Positions 54,411 to 55,549 of a stretch of DNA of 55,549 bases are shown here, piece by piece. Position 1 is the first letter of the stretch, and each line of letters begins with the position of its first letter. A program made the position numbers and the translations under genes. The notes under the pieces were generated by a model. That model saw only the letters and a program-made list of their open reading frames with translations. It had not been told where the DNA came from and ran no database searches. Origin of the DNA: Chloroflexota bacterium (GTDB taxonomy: Bacteria > Chloroflexota > Anaerolineae > 4572-78 > NAK82); the NCBI GenBank assembly GCA_024276515.1, contig JAJRXB010000198.1, positions 1 to 55,549 of the forward strand, read 5' to 3'.

Positions 54411-55549
54411 ATTTCCGGGGCTGACCCTGACCTTCGTTTACCGGGAGATCTACGCCCTGCGCCAGGCCGGCCTGGAGGTTCTGCCCTTTTCCATCTGGCG
54501 GCCTGATCCGGCGGAGGTCTCGCCGGAGGCTGAGCCCCTGCGTCGGGAGACCCGCTACCTCTTCCCGCTCTCGGCGGGGAGGCTGGTGACCAGTCACCTG
54601 CGCTACTGGCGTCGGTCGCCCAGGGCCTATTGGCGCACCCTGTTCGATCTCCTGACCAGCTCCGGGGAGTCCCTATCCAACCGGCGGCGCACGCTGATCC
54701 ACTTCCTGGGTGGGGTGGTGCTGACCCGTTATCTGGAGGAGGTGGGAATCGAGCACGTGCACGCCCACTTCGCGCTGAACGGCGCGACGATGGCCCTGAT
54801 CGCCTCCCGGCTGCTGGGCATCCCCTTCAGCTTCACCGCTCACGCCAACGATCTCTACGCCAATCCGGTGCTGCTGCCCATGAAGATTCGGGAGGCCGAC
54901 TTCGTCGTCGCCATCTCCGAGTACAACCGTCGCCACATGGTGGACGTGGCCGGCGACCCCGGAGTCGCCTCCAAGATCCACGTCGTCCACTGCGGCCTGG
55001 ACCCGGCCCAGTTCCCCTACGTCCCCCCGGAGAAGCACCCGGAACGCCCCATCATTCTCGGCGTCGGACGGCTGGTGGAGAAGAAGGGATTCGCCTGCCT
55101 CGTCGCTGCCTGCCGTCACCTGGCCCAGGCAGGATACGATTTCGAGACGCGGATCATCGGGGATGGTCCCTTACGCGCCTCCCTGGCGCGGGCGATCCAG
55201 GCCGCCGGGCTGGATGGGCGGGTGCGGTTGCTGGGAGCCCTGCCCCAGGAGGAGGTTCGGGAACACCTGCGCCAGGCCACTATTTTTGCCCTCCCCTGCG
55301 TCGTCGCCCGGGATGGGGATCGGGACGGTATCCCGGTGGCCCTGATGGAGGCGATGGCGACCGGGATGCCCGTCGTCTCCACCGCCGTGTCGGGTATCCC
55401 GGAGCTGGTCGTCCACGAGGAGAGCGGCCTCCTGGTGTCGCCGGGGGACGCCCAGGCGCTGGCCCGTGCCCTCGGTCGGCTGCTGGACGACCCTCTCCTG
55501 AGACGACGATTGGGGGAGCAAGGGAGGGAAGTCGTCCTGCGAGACTTCA
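54382..55549 (+). CDS. Glycosyltransferase family 4, WcaL-like (partial, runs off window end)
   Basis: Not in the ORF track because no stop is reached. Hand translation of frame 1 from ATG 54382: MIRIAYLAHKFPGLTLTFVYREIYALRQAGLEV..GRLVEKKGF..DGIPVALMEAMATGMPVVSTAVSGIPELV..SGLLVSPGD. Paralog of 40352-41599. Confidence 0.88.
   Translation, partial: MIRIAYLAHKFPGLTLTFVYREIYALRQAGLEVLPFSIWRPDPAEVSPEAEPLRRETRYLFPLSAGRLVTSHLRYWRRSPRAYWRTLFDLLTSSGESLSNRRRTLIHFLGGVVLTRYLEEVGIEHVHAHFALNGATMALIASRLLGIPFSFTAHANDLYANPVLLPMKIREADFVVAISEYNRRHMVDVAGDPGVASKIHVVHCGLDPAQFPYVPPEKHPERPIILGVGRLVEKKGFACLVAACRHLAQAGYDFETRIIGDGPLRASLARAIQAAGLDGRVRLLGALPQEEVREHLRQATIFALPCVVARDGDRDGIPVALMEAMATGMPVVSTAVSGIPELVVHEESGLLVSPGDAQALARALGRLLDDPLLRRRLGEQGREVVLRDF

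Overview
High-GC bacterial chromosome segment. Gene content and style suggest a Chloroflexota-like organism, but this is an inference and not verified. I saw no rRNA, tRNA or CRISPR array.

- **1-15.2 kb, housekeeping and signalling genes:** a subtilisin-like S8 protease, an MDR-type oxidoreductase, a DUF4870-like membrane protein, recJ, an isoaspartyl peptidase/asparaginase, a minus-strand patatin / small membrane protein / double-GAF histidine kinase operon, an SNase-like lipoprotein, a CobB-type sirtuin, rsfS, an orphan OmpR-type response regulator, and two translationally coupled FemAB-family genes.
- **15.5-23.8 kb, nuo cluster:** it encodes only membrane-arm subunits of complex I (nuoA-H-J-K-L-M-N; B, C, D, E, F, G and I are absent). 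Its intergenic spacers are unusually structured, with inverted arrays of short tandem heptamer/octamer repeats. A 157-bp MITE-like insertion with 14-bp terminal inverted repeats and a 7-bp target-site duplication sits exactly where nuoI would be.
- **24.3 kb to the window end, plus-strand glycan locus (>30 kb):**
  - Regulation and priming: a membrane protein with a degenerate GGDEF-like domain, and a priming phosphoglycosyltransferase.
  - Sugar activation: a CDP-6-deoxyhexose branch (rfbF, rfbG, RmlC-like epimerase, SAF-domain dehydrogenase).
  - Export and assembly: Wzm/Wzt ABC exporter, a Wzz-like protein and a Wzy_C/O-antigen-ligase-like protein.
  - Glycosyltransferases: GT14, three GT2 and four GT4.
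  - Modification: a CE4 deacetylase, a PAPS-type sulfotransferase, an acetyltransferase, two cytoplasmic alkaline-phosphatase-superfamily enzymes, a secreted alpha/beta-hydrolase and a cytoplasmic heparinase II/III-like protein.
  - The combination suggests a sulfated, possibly glycosaminoglycan-like polymer. This is a hypothesis.
- **Intergenic repeat families:** two 114-nt near-identical hairpin elements precede two sub-operons of the glycan locus, and several other palindromic repeat families occupy intergenic DNA.
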